Positions 13,004 to 27,077 of a stretch of DNA of 53,174 nucleotides are shown here, piece after piece. The stretch comes from Prorocentrum cordatum. Lineage: Eukaryota. Numbering within the stretch: position 1 is the first letter of the stretch; every line of letters starts with the position of its first letter. A program made the translations under genes and the position numbers. The DNA is taken from contig CAUYUJ010000335.1 in the NCBI GenBank assembly GCA_963575745.1, forward strand, positions 62,001-115,174. Reading direction: 5' to 3'. A model generated the notes under the pieces. That model saw only the letters and a list, made by a program, of their open reading frames with translations, had not been told where the DNA came from and ran no database searches.

Positions 13004-13513
13004 GTTGTGTAACATATGTGGAGAAATTCATCTGTTGTAGTACAAAGTGTGCAATATATGATGTACAATCTAAGTTGTCCTCTGAAAAAGGTGCAATGAA
13101 TGCGGTCAACTAGACTTTCTGCAATAAATGTGAATCAACAACCGTAGCAAAATAGAAGTGGTACAATATATCATGTGCAATCGGGTGTACAATCGATAGT
13201 GTGCACTCTATATGGTGCAATCTACGCGGTGCAATTTAGGAAAACAACAAATATGGTGCAAAACATGTTGTGTAATATACGATGAGAAATAATTGCATAC
13301 AAATCCGCCGGCCCCCTTGCGGGGCCATCAGGCTGCGAGGGTTAAGCTTGCTGCTCCCTGCACCAGTTCCAGTTTCCAGTTTCCATTGTTACAGTACTGC
13401 TTTCTGCTTCCTACTGTAAATTGTTACTGTCCGCGCGAGGGGGGGGAGCCGAAAACCACCCTGGTTAGCGTCCCCCGGGAGGGTTCTCAGAATTCCTGGG
13501 GGGTACAAATTGA

Positions 13514-14285
13514 CACCCCTCGCGCAGATCGGCGGGGTCAGGGTCCAAAAACAAAGGGGATTTGCCACATTTCTGACATCCGGTGGCACCCCTCACGCAG
13601 ATCGGCGGGGTCAGGGTCCAAAAACAGAAGGGAATTTGCCACATTTCTGAAATTCGGTGACACACCCCATGCAGATCGGCGGGGTCAGGGTCCGAAAACA
13701 CATAGGATTTTCCGCATGTTTGAAATTCGGTGGCACCCCTCACGCAGATCGGCGGGGTCAGGGTTCAAAAACACATGGGATTTGCCGCATGTTTTAAATT
13801 CGGTGGCACCCCTGGCGCAGATCGGCGGGGTCAGGGTCCAAAGACACAAGGGATTTGCCACATTTCTGAAATTTCCTGGCACCCCTCACGCAGATCGGTG
13901 GGGTCAGGGTCCAACAACACTCGGAATTGGCTACATTTCTGAAATTCGGTGGCACCTCTCACGCAGATCGGCGGGGTCAGGGTCCAAAAACACATTGGAT
14001 TTTCCGCATGTTTGAAATTCGGGTGCACCCCTCACGCAGATCGGCGGGGTCAGGGTCCAACAACACAAAGGATGTGCCACATTTTTGCAATTCGGTGGCA
14101 CCTCTCACGCAGATCGGCGGGGTCAGGGTCCAAAAACACAAGGGATTTGAAACATTTCAAAAATTCGGTGGCACCCCTCACGCAGATCCGTAGGGTCAGG
14201 GTCCAAAAACAGAAGGGATTTGCCACATGTCTGAAATTCGGCGGCACCCCTCACGCAGATCGGCAGGGTCAGGGTCGAAAAACAA
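13514..14285. repeat. 73-bp minisatellite A, about 10.5 copies
   Basis: Unit CACCCCTCACGCAGATCGGCGGGGTCAGGGTCCAAAAACACAAGGGATTTGCCACATTTCTGAAATTCGGTGG; starts at 13514 and 13587 and continues at 73-74 bp spacing. Confidence 0.97.
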
Positions 14286-14404
14286 ATAGGTCCCGACACT
14301 GCTTCACGGCAAAGCCAAAGCCTCATGACTTCGCTCTTCCATGGCCCATCCTCCGAGAAAGGGGGCCGGCGGCAGGGGGCGAAGCCCTTACGGATATTTA
14401 TCAA

Positions 14405-14630
14405 TACACATGTGTGTATGTGTATATGCCTGTGTGTATGTATGCATGTATGAATGTACGCATGTACGCGTGCATGCATACATGCATGCACGCATGTGTG
14501 TATGTAGGTATATGTATGCGTGTACGTATGTTTGTGTGTATGCATGTATGCATGTATGAGTGTACGAATATACGCGTGCATGCATGCATGTATGTATGCA
14601 AGCATGTATGCATATACGTATGCATATAGA
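14405..14630. repeat. Alternating purine-pyrimidine (ATGT/ATGC)n tract
   Basis: Direct reading of the sequence. Confidence 0.9.
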
Positions 14631-15132
14631 AGTGTGGTGCAACAGATGGGGTGCAATACGTGTTGTGTAACTTATGTGGACCAGCACGTCGAATGCATGG
14701 GCCATTTGTGTGGTGCGATCTATGATGTACAAAGTACGGTGTACAATATAGGTCGAGCAACATGTGGTGTACAATATAGCTGGTGCAAACAATACTGTTG
14801 CACTCTTTGGCGCGCAATATGTGTTGACATATGTTGTGCCATCTACGTGGTGCACTGTTTATATACACAGATACAAACCTATGTGTATATATATATATAT
14901 ATTCATATGGTGAAACCTAAAAGTCGACTCAATGTGTAGGTTGTGCGATCTATGTGGTGCGCACTATACCTGGTGTAATAAATGTGGTGACATCTATGTT
15001 GTGCAATACTTTTTGACCGTCTTGAAGCTGTCCTCTCCACTGCTCGTGCAAACATCCCACCCTCCCACCCGCATCTTGGTCGCAAGACCTCTTAAGACAA
15101 GACCGTGACGGTACGTACCACATGACACTTGG

Positions 15133-15790
15133 CCACGACACCCACGCCGACGACGACAGCGACAACGACGACGACGGCGCCGCCGACACCGACTACGACG
15201 ACACCGACGACGTCTCCAACGACTTCGACGACGACAACGACGACACCGACGACGACGACGACGACGTCAACGACGCCGACGACGACGACGACGGCGACTA
15301 CGACGACACCGATGACGTCTCCGACGACTTCGACGACGACTTCGACGACGACAACGACGCCGACGAAGACGACGACGACGTCGCCGACGAAGACGACGAC
15401 GAGGGAGGAGGAAGGACGACGACGACGACGACGGCGACAACCACGACAACGACGAGGGAGGAGGGAGGACGGCGACGACGCGAACGACGACGAAGGAGGA
15501 AGGACGGCGGCGCCGACTACGACAACGACGAGGGAGGAGGGAAGACGACGACGACAACGACGACGACGACGGCGACGAAATAGGAGGGACGACGACGAGA
15601 CGCCGACGACGGACGACGACGAGGGAGGAGGAAGGACGACCACGGCAACAACGACGACGGAAACGACCACGACGCCAAAGAGGACGACGACGACGAACAC
15701 GAGGAATGACAGAGGACGACGTAGGCGACGACGACGACGACGATGTGGGAGGAGGGAGGACGGCGACGACGACGAGAACGACGACGCAAG
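15133..15790. repeat. Degenerate (GAC)n microsatellite
   Basis: Direct reading of the sequence. Confidence 0.95.
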
Positions 15791-18700
15791 AGCGCGCGCG
15801 CACGCTTTCGTTGAACATCTGTGTTGCGAAACCTTGTGTTTTCGTAGGTTTTTTGGATACACGATTTTGAATTCCTTCCGAAACCGATGGGTTTTGAAGG
15901 TTTTCGGCACACGCGCGCGACGACGCGCGCGTCCGCACCTCGCCCTATTTTTTGCAGAGGATTCTCGCGACGGCACACGCGCAAGGGCGTTCGACAGATT
16001 TCGACATGCGCGCGCGCGAAGTCCGTTTAATAGCATTTTGTGAAAATCTTGAAAAACCTATGATTCTTAAGATGTCGCAAGAGCTCGCGCGGAAGCTTTC
16101 TTAGCAAATCAGTGTTGCGAAACCCTGTGTGTGTTTGTATGTTGTTTGGAAACTCGATTGCGAAATCCTTCCAGCACCGAGGGTTTTTGAAGGATTTCGG
16201 CATGCGCGCTCGACGACGCGCGCGTGTGCACTTCGTTTTTTTTTTTTTTTTGCAAGGGATTCGTGAACAAGTGTTATGTTATAACAACAAATGTCACCGC
16301 ATAGTGTTTTTTAACAAGGGTCCCTCAGGGGGGGGGGGGGGGATACCGCCCCCCCTGGGATAGTGTAAATTCATATTTAGGATGGACATGTGGTCATAAT
16401 CATTCATGATTTACATACGCGAAAGGGGGAGTGATAACGCGGGGGGGGGGGTAGATCCTATTTTTGTTTTATATTATTTTTTAACAAAAATGTTGTGCAA
16501 TCTGTGTGGAGGGCCGCGACAGCGGCAAACAACTGGCAGACAAGCCCAGAAGATGGGCGGCGACGGAATGGCGACGTGGAGGCAACAAGCGCGGCGACCG
16601 ACGGACAGGCCCAGACGACGGGCGGCGACGAGGCGGCGACGGGGCGGCGACGGCGCTACATACTCAGTGCAGTAGGGGCCTGACCACAAGAAACCTTCCA
16701 CAAGAAATCCAACCACGAGACCCCAGGGCGTCCATTGATTTTTGATGTGGGATCGTCGCGCTCTCCATGGCAAAACCCTCGAAACCCTTGAAATCCAGGG
16801 CACCCTGGAGGCAGGCAGGGTGTTTCTTGGCATGGGTCCTCACTAGAGCTGCCAGACCCTCGGGCAGGCCCAATCCCTTACGGAAGCCAGAACTTCTCAG
16901 TGCAGCCCCCGCTCGGGGCGCAGTGAAGGAACGATGATGGCACCTCGCGCCGCCGACACCTCTGCGCCAGACATACTACTCCAGTTCCGAGCACCCAGGG
17001 GGGGAAAAAACACACACACACACACAAAAAAAAGGACGGGGAGCCTCGAGATCTGCGGAACGATCGGTTTCTTCGTCACTTTCTCACCGTCCCCCCTCTC
17101 CTTCTCCAGGGTACCCTTGTAACTCCCCGCCTGCGTCCGTTTCTCTTTCTCTTTCTCTTTCTCTTTCTCTTGTTTTTTTTGTTTCTCTCTCTCTCTCTCT
17201 CTCATCCTCTCTCTGCCTCACTTCTTTTCCTTGCTTCTCCTCTCCTCTTCCATCCCCAACTCCTCTTCCTCCCCCTCACCCGTCTCCTCTTCCTGAGAAG
17301 CGCGCAATTAAAACCCGTGTGCCGCCCAACCCACAGAAGCCCAAACCAGAGAAAACGAAAACCCCTAGTGGGCTCAAGAGGGACTCGATACGGTCCCAAG
17401 AGCGCTTCAAACAAAAACGCTGCAAAAAAGGCCCCGAGCGGCGTTATTCGGACTCCAGGGGGTTGGGGTTGATTGAAGACGCTTTTTATCAATATCTTCC
17501 AAGATGGCCCCAACAGGGCCCCCAAGGCTTCCAAGAGGGCCCTCAAGGCTTCCAACAGGGCCCCAAAAGAGCCCCAAGGGCCTCCGAAATGGCCCGAGAA
17601 GGCTCCAAGACGGCCCCAGCAAGCTGCCAAGAGGCTCCCACATCGAAAGATCCGATATGGCATGTTATGGTTGACTCCTGGGTCTGCTCGGGTTGATCCC
17701 GAACCTTGGTATGAAAACTGCCATCCATCTTTGCTCCACTGTTTGATCTACTGTTGCCGCAACTCGCCTCGGCATCGTTGTTGGATGGGCCGGTGGTTGA
17801 GCAGGGACCGACCGTCCAAGCATTCCTATGAGCCTACTACGCAACACCCTTAGAACCCCAAAATGTTCTAATAACCGAATAACCTGTTCTTAGAACATAA
17901 ACCCGATGTGGTAGAACACAACAGTCTCAGCAAAACACGTTCGAAAAAACATTTCGTGGAAACCACATACAAAGTTCTTAAAACGTTGTTTGATAGGCCT
18001 ATTGGCAAGCCAAAGCCAAGACGCTTCGCCACTGCTTGAGGTGGGGATGTGTTTTGGCCAACGGCCTCGTGAAGCGGGTCAAAAGGCGTCCAAGCTCAAG
18101 TCAGGCCACGAGCAGGCAGCGAACCAGTGAAAACAAAACAGGCGCAGCAGCCGGGCGGCAGCTCATAAGGGCGAAGATAACAGGTAGACCCAGTCCCGGC
18201 GGCGTCCGAAAATCCCGGTCGCTACCAACAAGTAGACGCAGCCAAAATGGCGCGGCGGCGCGTCCGAAATCCCGTAAAGGTCGAAAGCTGTGAGAGGCTC
18301 GGACGGCAACGTCAGAACGGGACCGCCACGCACCCCCTGAAGACATCCGTGAACTGGACGAACACAAATGTCGAAATATCGTGTCAGCGCAAGAGTGAAG
18401 AGGGGCAACCTCGTCACAGATAGGACTGCAAACGGCAGTAACTCTTGTTTGTACAGCAGTGGCACTTGTCGAAAGCGGAGTCCTTGAAGGCGAGAACAAC
18501 CGACGGGCGCACGGAGCCACACATGCCGAAGTCCTTGCACCGTAAAGGTCGGCAGCGTAGCGAAACCCCACTGAAACCTTGCGGTCACTAGTGGTGGCTG
18601 ACACCAACCAAGAGCAGGCCAGGGGCCACCTGACCACCCATTCCCAGTGTGATCCTTGCGTGGAATTCGTAACGATACCCCACAGAACCCTTTTTCGGTC

Positions 18701-18925
18701 ACCAGTGGAGGCCGACACCAGCCAGGAGCAGGCCAAGGGCCACATGACCGCCCATTTCCAGCATGATCCTTGCAAGGAATTCAGGCTGTCAGAGCACCAT
18801 CATACAGCAGTATTAGCGGCAACCACAGCCGCGCGGGATAAACCCGGTGAAACAAATGAGAGGAGGGGAACTGCACGCCATGCACGGTAGGCACCCCGGC
18901 GTGGCAGCATACGCTGCAGCATTAG

Positions 18926-20150
18926 GATGCAGGGGGGGAGAAAAGGAAGTGCACGCCAGGCACACGGTGTGAGAAGAGAGGAGGAGAATGGTAGAACACT
19001 TACTCGAACAGTTGTTGCTGACTATGCCAATCGTGGCTGTGCCATTTCCGACCGCGCTGACTGTGCCAACCTGGACTGTGCCAGCCCTGGCTATGCCAAC
19101 CCTGACTGTGCCAACGAAGCTCCTCCCAAGCGGTGGGCTCCCCTTCCTCTTGCGACTCGCGACTACCTTCACACTCCTCCCACTGGAGGCGACAGACCAT
19201 CGCAGAGTCTGCTGGTATCCGAGGCGGCTGGGTGTTCCCAGGGGTCGTGTCGCCAGTGGGTTGTGTTGGACGGTCGGAAAGGTCCTTCTGTCTTCTCCCT
19301 GCCCCTTCCCTTGCGGCTCGCGGCCCATTTCGCACTCTTCCCGGTGTAGGTGACTAACCACCGCAAAATCCCTTGGAATCGGAGGCAGCTGGATTCTTCA
19401 AGGGGTCGTAGTACCGATGGGCTGTGTTGGACGGTCAGCAAAGTTTTCTCTGTCTTCTCCCTGCCCCGCACCCTGCGACTCGCGACTATCTTCACACTCT
19501 TCCCGGTAGAAGCGACTGACCGTCGCAGAGTCTGTTGGAATCCGAGGCGGCTGGGTGTTCCCAAAGGTCGTGTTGCCAGTGGGTTATGTTGGACGGTCGG
19601 CAAGGTCCTCTCTGTCTTCCCCCTGCCCCCTCTCCTGTGGCTCGTGACCCATTTGGAAATCTTCCCGGTGTAGGTGAACGACCATCGCAAAGTCTGTTGG
19701 AATCCGAAGCGGATGGGTGTTCCCAGGGGTCGTGTTGCCAGCGGGTTGCGTTGCACGGTCGGCAAAATGCTCTCTGTATTCTCCCTGCCCCTCACCCTGC
19801 GACTCGCGACTACCACCACATTCTTCCCGGTGGCGGCGACTGACCGTCGCACAGTGCGTTGGAATCTGAGGCGGCTGGGTGTGCCAAGAGGTCGCGTTGC
19901 CAGTGGGTTGTGTGGGACGGTCGGCAAGGTCCTCCCAGTCTTCTGCCTGCTCCTCCTCCTCCTCCTCCTGTGATTCGCGACTATCTTCGCGCTTTTCCTG
20001 GTGGAGGCGACCCATTTCGCAATCTTCCCGGTGTAGGCGACTAACCGTCGCATCTCGAAGAATCATGGGCAGAGGGGGGAGGAGAATGCAGGAGGGGAGG
20101 GAAGGAAGTGCACGCCAGGCACACGGTGTGAGAGGAGGGGGGGAAGAGCT
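18926..20150. repeat. About 160-bp tandem array (about 5.5 units, 19150-20050) bracketed by about 60-bp direct repeats
   Basis: GACTCGCGACTA and GTGTTCCCAGGGGTCGTGTTGCCAGTGGGTT recur at about 160-bp intervals. GGAAGTGCACGCCAGGCACACGGTGTGAGA occurs near 18945 and 20104. Confidence 0.9.
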
Positions 20151-20611
20151 TACCATAACCCTGTGTACACTGGCTCGCACGCCAGGCGCTCTGATTCTGG
20201 CAGGGTGCTGACAGCACGCAGACGCCGTCGACACAGGGGTGGAGGCAGACGGCCGCGCTTCTGACGTCAAGGGCCCGACCTCGCACGAGAACACTCCCAC
20301 CCTACGGCGAACGGCCAGTGTCGGCGCCCACGAGATCCCGTCCCATTCACTCACACACAGACCATCTTGACCACCTTGAACATCACTCAATCACACACTC
20401 ACTCACCCACTCGCTCATCAGCTGCATCATCCTCATCATCCTCATCCTCATCCTCATCCTCATCCTCATCATCCTCATCCTCATCCTCATCCTCATCCTC
20501 ATCCTCCTCATCATCCTCCTCCTCCTCCTCCTCCTCATCATCATCATCATCATCATCATCACTCATTCAGTCATTCACTCACTCACTCACTGACCCACTC
20601 ATTCGCTAGCT

Positions 20612-21180
20612 TGAATATGGGGGAAGTATCAGGCGGGAGCCTCGTCTGTGAGTAAGTTGCGGGAAGTCTCAGGCGGGAGCCCTCTCCTTATGGGGCTCAC
20701 ACTTCATGTTTTCTATCCGAGCGGGTCACCCTCGAACCTGTAACTGTCGTTAGTTTTGGGCTCCTGAGGCCTGAATGTGGGGGAAGTATCAGGCGGGAGC
20801 CTCATCTTTGAGTGAACTGTGAGGAAGTCTCAGGCGGGAGCCCCCTCCCTGTGGGGCCCGCAACTCTTGTGTTTAATCCAAGCGGGTCATCCTCGAACCT
20901 CTAACTGTGGTCACTTTGGGGCTCCTGAGGCCTGAATATGGTGGAAGTATCAGGCGGGAGCCTCGTCTGTGAGTGAACTGTGAGGAAGTCTCAGGCGGGA
21001 GCCCCGTCCCTATGGGGCCCGCACTTCATGTCTTTTATCCGAGCGGGTCATCCTCGAACCTGAAACTTTCGTCACTTTGGGGCTCCCGAGGCCTGAATAT
21101 AGAGAAAATATCAGGCGGGGAGTCTCGTCTGTGAGTGAACTGTGAGGAAGTCTCAGGCGGGAGCCACCTCCCTATGGGCT
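20612..21180. repeat. About 160-bp tandem repeat, about 3.5 copies
   Basis: TGAATRTR..AAGTATCAGGCGGGAG at 20612, 20772, 20933 and 21093; each unit contains two AAGTMTCAGGCGGGAGCC sub-repeats. Confidence 0.95.
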
Positions 21181-22253
21181 CTTCAGGGGGCGATTCGCCC
21201 GACCCATCAGGTGAGGAGGAAGAGGAGGAACAGGAGGTGAAGGAGATGAGGACGGCGACGGCGGCCGGGCGCAGGGGGAAACCCTTGCGCCTGGGCTGGG
21301 GAAATCCCTTGCGTCCGGGCCTTGCGACAGTGAAGGTTCGTTCCAGATTAGCCCGAAGGATTTTCATGTGGGCTGGAGACGGATGCTGTTGAGTACTGGG
21401 TGCTGTGTTGAACACAGAAGCACGGTGGGCGGGCGGCGGGGGGCGGGCGGCGGGTGTTTTCTCGAGGGCCCCCCCTCCCAAAAGTTGGGATGGCCGGAGA
21501 AGCCCAGGGAACAACCACATAAAAACTTCTTAAGTTTTTGGGGGTGTCTGGGGTGGCTGGAGAAACCCAGAGAAACTAAAGGAGAACCGCCGCGTGGGAA
21601 GTTTTCCGGTGCTTTTCTCGGAGCCTGTGATGGCCAGAGAACGCTCGAAACGACCTCCGAAACACCCCGCGAATGGGGCTGCTTCCCGGGGATGTCCGCC
21701 GTGCCCCCCCCACCCCGAACCCGGGCGGCCCGAGGACCCCCGCACGAGTTCCCCCGCGGAGCCTGGGGTAGCCGGAGAACTCCCGAGAACATCTGGCAAA
21801 TCCCCCCCCTCCTCCGAAAAGCTCCCCCCTCCCCTCCCCTCCCGGAGAGAACCCGCAGAAACCACCGACAAGCACCTGAGAACGACTCGAGTTTGAGACG
21901 TTGCTCGGGGGGGGGGCCCTCCCGGAGAAGCCTCCGAAGAAATAAGAGACACCATCGAGTCGAACAAAACTCCGAATGGGGATTTCCCCAGGGGGATCGG
22001 GGAATTGCCACAGCCAACTGGCACCGTGCCATTCGTGGGCCGAAGATCGACAAAGCCTCGGGAGGCGCCAACGCGGCACGGTGCATGCAAGTCGTCCGCG
22101 GAGAAATGGGGGAACGGAGAAGACAGTTGCTTATTTTCGGCGATAACCCAGACTATCCAGTGGGGGGGGCCTCGGGGGGATGACGGCAGATAACCCAATC
22201 TCTTCGCTTTGGGTAGCCCCAGGTGTGCCCGCGCGCACCAGTACTAGGTACAC

Positions 22254-22413
22254 CTAGTTCGGGCATTTCCTCCTACAGGCGGATTTGAAAATAATTTGTT
22301 CAGCAAGGCAACACATTAATCAAACACAATCAATCAAAGAGCAGAACCATCGTCCCCAGACTGGTTATATTGTATCATTGTCAACTATTCCTCCTGTAGA
22401 GGGAGACGCCCGA
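22254..22413. mobile_element. hAT-like MITE, copy 4
   Basis: Same TIR family with the right end slightly truncated; TSD aggtacac/aggtaccc. Confidence 0.72.
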
Positions 22414-22860
22414 AGGTACCCCCCCTGTGGACCTGCGCAACCAACATGGCCAGGTCATCCAGGGGCGGGGGGGGGGCGGGCCCGACGACCCCGTTTAACG
22501 CCAGCCCCGTACACAAACAGTCTCGTACATACCAAAGGCGTCCGCGGAGGGGCGGAGGGACGGAGCGTCGGGGCTCTTCTGCCCCGGGGCAGTGCAAAGC
22601 TGGGCCAGTCATGCCCTGCAGCATCCTGCGAGGCCCTGCAGGATCCTGCAGGATTCTGCGCCTAAGCCCAGGCCAGGTGGGGCCCTGGCCCTGCAGGATC
22701 CTGCACGATCCCGCGCTCTCGCTGACCCCCGCTTGCATGGACCCCCGTCTCCCGAGCCCCGAGAGCGGAACGGAGGGGGGGCGGGCCCGAAGGCCCCGGT
22801 CGACGCCAGACCCTCACGCAAACGGAGGGACGGAGCGGGACGGAGGGGGGGCCCCGGCGC

Positions 22861-22956
22861 CTGGGTCGCGAGCCGCATCCACTCGAAGTACCTGTCGTCG
22901 GCGTCGGTGGCCTCCTCCTCGGCGGGGCCGCGCGCCCGGGGCGGCGGCCGCCCCGC
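22861..22956 (-). CDS. Host gene internal exon (AGRPPPRARGPAEEEATDADDRYFEWMRLATQ)
   Basis: CAG|G acceptor and CAG|GC donor; 96 nt; all third codon positions are G or C; phase 0/0. Confidence 0.72.
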
Positions 22957-22981
22957 CTGGGCCTCCCCCGTCGCCTCGCGC

Positions 22982-23272
22982 CCCTCTTCCTCCTCCCTTT
23001 CTTACTTCCTCCCTCCCTTCCCCCCCTTCCTTACTTCCTTCCTTGCGTTCTTACTCTCTCCCTCTCCCTCCCCTCCCTGCCTCCCTCTGACTACTCCTCT
23101 GCCCGTCAGTGTGTCCGTCCGCCTGCCCCGGCGTCCCTCCCTCCCCCCCGAATCATCCTCCCTCCTCCTCCTTCCTCCTCCTCCTCCTCCTCCTCCTCCT
23201 CCTCCTTCTCTTCCTCATTATCCTCCTCCTCCTCCTCCTCCTCCTCCTCTTCCTGCTCCACATCATCATCAG

Positions 23273-23310
<38 letters not shown>

Positions 23311-23322
23311 GCATCATCATCG

Positions 23323-23361
<39 letters not shown>

Positions 23362-23548
23362 CCATCACCATCATCATCATCATCAGCATCAGCATCAGCA
23401 TCAGCATCAGCATCAGCATCACCATCAGCATCATCATCATCATCATCATCATCGTCATCGCCATCGCCATCATCATCACCATCACCATCATAATGATTAT
23501 GATCATTAACAACAACATCGTCATCATCATCATCATCAGCATCATCAG

Positions 23549-23622
<74 letters not shown>

Positions 23623-23730
23623 GCACCATCATCATCATCATAATCACCATCATCATCAGCATCAGCATCAGTATCATCATCAGCATCATCATCATCAGCA
23701 TATCCTTATTCCTCTTCCTGCTCTTCCTCC
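22982..23730. repeat. Compound (CCT)n-(CAT)n microsatellite
   Basis: Direct reading of the sequence. Confidence 0.96.
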
Positions 23731-24557
23731 TTGTTTTTGACGTTGCTCGGACCTGAAGCACGGGCTTGTGGCGTTTCCTCCTCCGTCTCCTCCTCCTCCA
23801 TCATCTTCCCTCCTCCTCATTCCTCCACTCCCACTTCATTATACGGATTTCACCTCCCTGTCGCACCCGCAAGCGTGTTGGTAGGATGTGCTAGGAATGT
23901 CGCCCGACGTCCTCGCCGCGTATGGCACTGAAGCTTGAAATTCGCAACAGCTGTAAGGATGGAGGAGGTCTTTTTTCAAAATGAGGCTCTCGCCTAAGCT
24001 CCGCGCGCGCTCGTCTTAAAGACCTGCAGCAGTAACATTGATGGAAAGGGGTGATTTTCAAAACGGCCCGCTCGTAATAGCGCCGCTTACATTCGTCTCA
24101 AGTGTTGGCAACGGTTACAGTGCACCGTATAAGGATGGAGGAGGAAGGGTCAAAATGAAGCTCTACCGTAGCGCCCCGCAGGTTCGTCTTAGAAGCTAGC
24201 GACATGTACAATGATGCAGGGCGGTTCCTTTTCAGAATGGGAGGCTCGCCTTTGCACCGGGCACAGCCGTCGTAAAAGCTTGCAGCAGATGGTGAGAGAT
24301 TCTCTTATTCGGCGTTTCGATATTGGGCGGAAACGGGGGGAGGGGGGGGTCTGGCTCCGAACCTCGGCTTAATGCGACTGTTTGCAAAAAGGCGTCCTGT
24401 GGGGGAGGCCCCACCTGCTCCAAACAGGCGCCCAAAAAACAGCCAAGAGCTACCGCGCCGATCGGCAAAACAATGAATACAGAAAACGAGGACTTGACAA
24501 GGATGGAAGCCAGCTCATGGTTAAAGCTACTGTGTCGCTTGAGCCCGAGACGTCATA

Positions 24558-24733
24558 CAGTCGGGGCGTTGACCTAAGGAACCCGAAATAAGGAACGAGG
24601 TCCCTGTTTCCCATAAGTTCAACCTCGATTTCCCATGGAAAACCTCAGGAAAATCCGAGGCAAACTGTGAAACATTCAAAGAACACCGAGCCCCTCCCCA
24701 ACGAAACGGGTTCCTTCTTACATGCCCCGACTG
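24558..24733. mobile_element. Tc1/mariner-like MITE (176 bp), copy 1
   Basis: TA|CAGTCGGGGC ... GCCCCGACTG|TA: 10-bp perfect TIR beginning CAGT, with a TA TSD. Confidence 0.88.
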
Positions 24734-25134
24734 TAGCACATGTAGCAGCTGCCCGGAGGGAGCGCGGCTCCTCCTCAAAGATGGCGCTCTCGCGTCAGGC
24801 GCTCTCGGAGCGCACGGCCAGAGCTCGTGAGCGTGCAAACGGCTACACCGAGGGGGGCGGTCGACGATCAAGCTGTGGCGTCGAGGAGGAGGAGGAGGGG
24901 GCGGAGGAGGAGGAGGGGGCGGAGGAGGAGGAGGAAGAGGAGGAGGAGGAGGAGGAGGCGGAGGCGGAGGCGGAGGCGGAGGCGGAGGAGGAGGAGGCGG
25001 AGGCGGAGGCGGAGGCGGAGGCGGAGGCGGAGGAGGAGGAGGAGGAGGAGGCTGGAGGCCTCGTTGGGCTGCACGATCAATACCTTGTCGCCTTCCTGAC
25101 GACGTGCGCCAAAGTTCTTCTCCATCCCAATGTA

Positions 25135-25309
25135 CAGTCGGGTCGTTGACCTAAGGAACCCTAAATAAGGAACGAGGCCCTGCTCCCCATCAATTAAAGT
25201 TCGATTTCCCATCGAAAACCTAGGGAAAACCCAAGGCAAACTGTGGAACAATCAAGGAACACGGAGCCCCTCCCCAACGAAACGGGTTCCTTCTTCAGCG
25301 CCCCGACTG
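25135..25309. mobile_element. Tc1/mariner-like MITE (175 bp), copy 2; a partial third copy lies near 6303-6389
   Basis: TA|CAGTCGGGTCG ... CGCCCCGACTG|TA; the interior is homologous to copy 1. Confidence 0.88.
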
Positions 25310-25488
25310 TATTGCTGCCGACATGGCCAACTGAGCGTAGATGGCATCAAGGAGAAACGCAAGCACTGAACCACACAAAGCAGGACCGGGCGGTGGAAAG
25401 TGTTGGGAAAGGCAAGATCCTCAAGCACGCTCGAGTGACACCATCATGTTTGGCTCAATGCTGGTTCCCCACAGGCTGAAGGGCGAGC

Positions 25489-25575
25489 CTGGTAGGTAAT
25501 GTTGACCGCGTCTCGCCAGCACTGGGGCTTGTTGCACATCAGGAGGTTGTCCGAGCACTTGTCGCAGCCCTTCTC
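25489..25575 (-). CDS. Host gene internal exon (EKGCDKCSDNLLMCNKPQCWRDAVNITYQ)
   Basis: CAG|G acceptor and CAG|GC donor; 87 nt; strong GC3 bias; phase 0/0. Confidence 0.75.
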
Positions 25576-27077
25576 CTGATTCGCCGCGGTTTGGCCCCTC
25601 CCATGACGAGGGCGCAGGCAGACACATCAACAGGCCAGCCAGAAGCAACAGCATTGCCAGACTTGAACAGCCAATTGGAGCGAGGAGAGAACACACACAC
25701 ACACACACATACGCACGCGCACACGCACACGCACACGCACACGCAAATGTTTGCACTCTGTCTGCGCATGAGTTTGAAGGGGCCCTGGCACACACAAATA
25801 AATGCACACAAATAAAAGGATCTCCCATATCTTCTCATATTTTCTGGCTTTTTGTCTTCCCCCCCACTTCCCATATTTTCCCATATTTTCTGGTGGAATC
25901 GTCGATTAATTGTGTCTGTGTGTTTGTTTTCCCTCCTGAGAGCTCTCCGTTGCAATCAGGGCAGACACCAGGCCCAACAATCCAGGAGGAGGAGGAAGAG
26001 GAGGAGGACGAAGAATAGTGGGGGGAGGGTAAGGCGGAGGAGAAGACGCGATCCCCAATCGCCTCCCTGACACTGCATTCGCGCTGGAGGGCCTGCGTGA
26101 CTGCTCCTTCGCCCGCTGCCCAGAAGCCCTGAGCTGAGGTGGATGACGAGATGCGATCCCCACAACCAGATGACCACAACACATCACGTCAACATAAACG
26201 TGCGGAGGTCCGCGCAGATTTCCTGGGGCGGCGCCAGAGACGCTCGTGGGGGGGGAACACAATGCCGACCAACACAAAATCCGCGCAGACTTCCAACAAT
26301 GTACGTCTACGTTTCTCTGTTCTACGGCAAACGCCTCCCTGAGACGGCGTTCATTAGAGTCGGGACTGATTGCAGAGGGTATCCGAGAGGGCACGAGTCT
26401 TTTCCGAGGGCGACCTGTGCTCCAGACATGAAGTCGGCGTGAAACGCGAAAGACAGGACACTAAGGTGCCCTTGATGGTGCAGGGTCGACCTGCGAATCG
26501 CCTGTCTAAGACGGCATCGGGGCTGCAAAACTGCCAGAGCGAAGTACACATACCCAGTGTCCCTTTCCTCCCTCCCTCCCTCCCTCCCTCGCTCGCTCCC
26601 TCCCTCCCTCCCTCCCTCCCTCCCTCCCTCCCTCCCTTCCCTCCTCCTCCTCCTCCTCCTCCTCCTCCTCCTCCTCCTCCTCCTCCTCCTCCTCCTCCTC
26701 CTCCTCCTCTAAGCCAATGTAGTAGGGCAAGTGGGAGTGCGACACTGGATAGTGTTGCAGATGTGTGGGCATCGGCTTTTGGGCAGCCTTCTAGAAAGTC
26801 CTCACCACATTCCGAGCAGCCCCATTGTAAGCCCCCAGGCCCCTTCTAAGAGGACCCTAAGCCACCTGCCTTCTAAGAAGGCAGAGGGCTCCCTCGAATC
26901 TTAGAAGCTTTCAAAGCATCTAAGAAGCCTTCCTGAAGCCCCTGGAGCTCGTTTTACCTAACAGCGAAGACTGATAGGTTTCTAGCGGGGTCAAAAAAGA
27001 CCATCTGATGACTCCCCAAGGGGGTCTGGGCGGGAGCCGGACAAGCGAGAACCGGGCTCGTTTTAAGCAAACAATCA

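Noticed and set aside
13293..14629. Repeat-protein ORFs over the 73-bp arrays (also 26920-28015)
   Set aside because: 73 is not a multiple of 3, so frames rotate and contain stops; these are non-coding satellites.
18236..18256. Minus-strand relict SL (GCCATTTTGGCT); shorter matches near 36699 and 38535
   Set aside because: The matches are only 9-12 nt, lack CAAG and have no downstream retrogene; this is compatible with chance.
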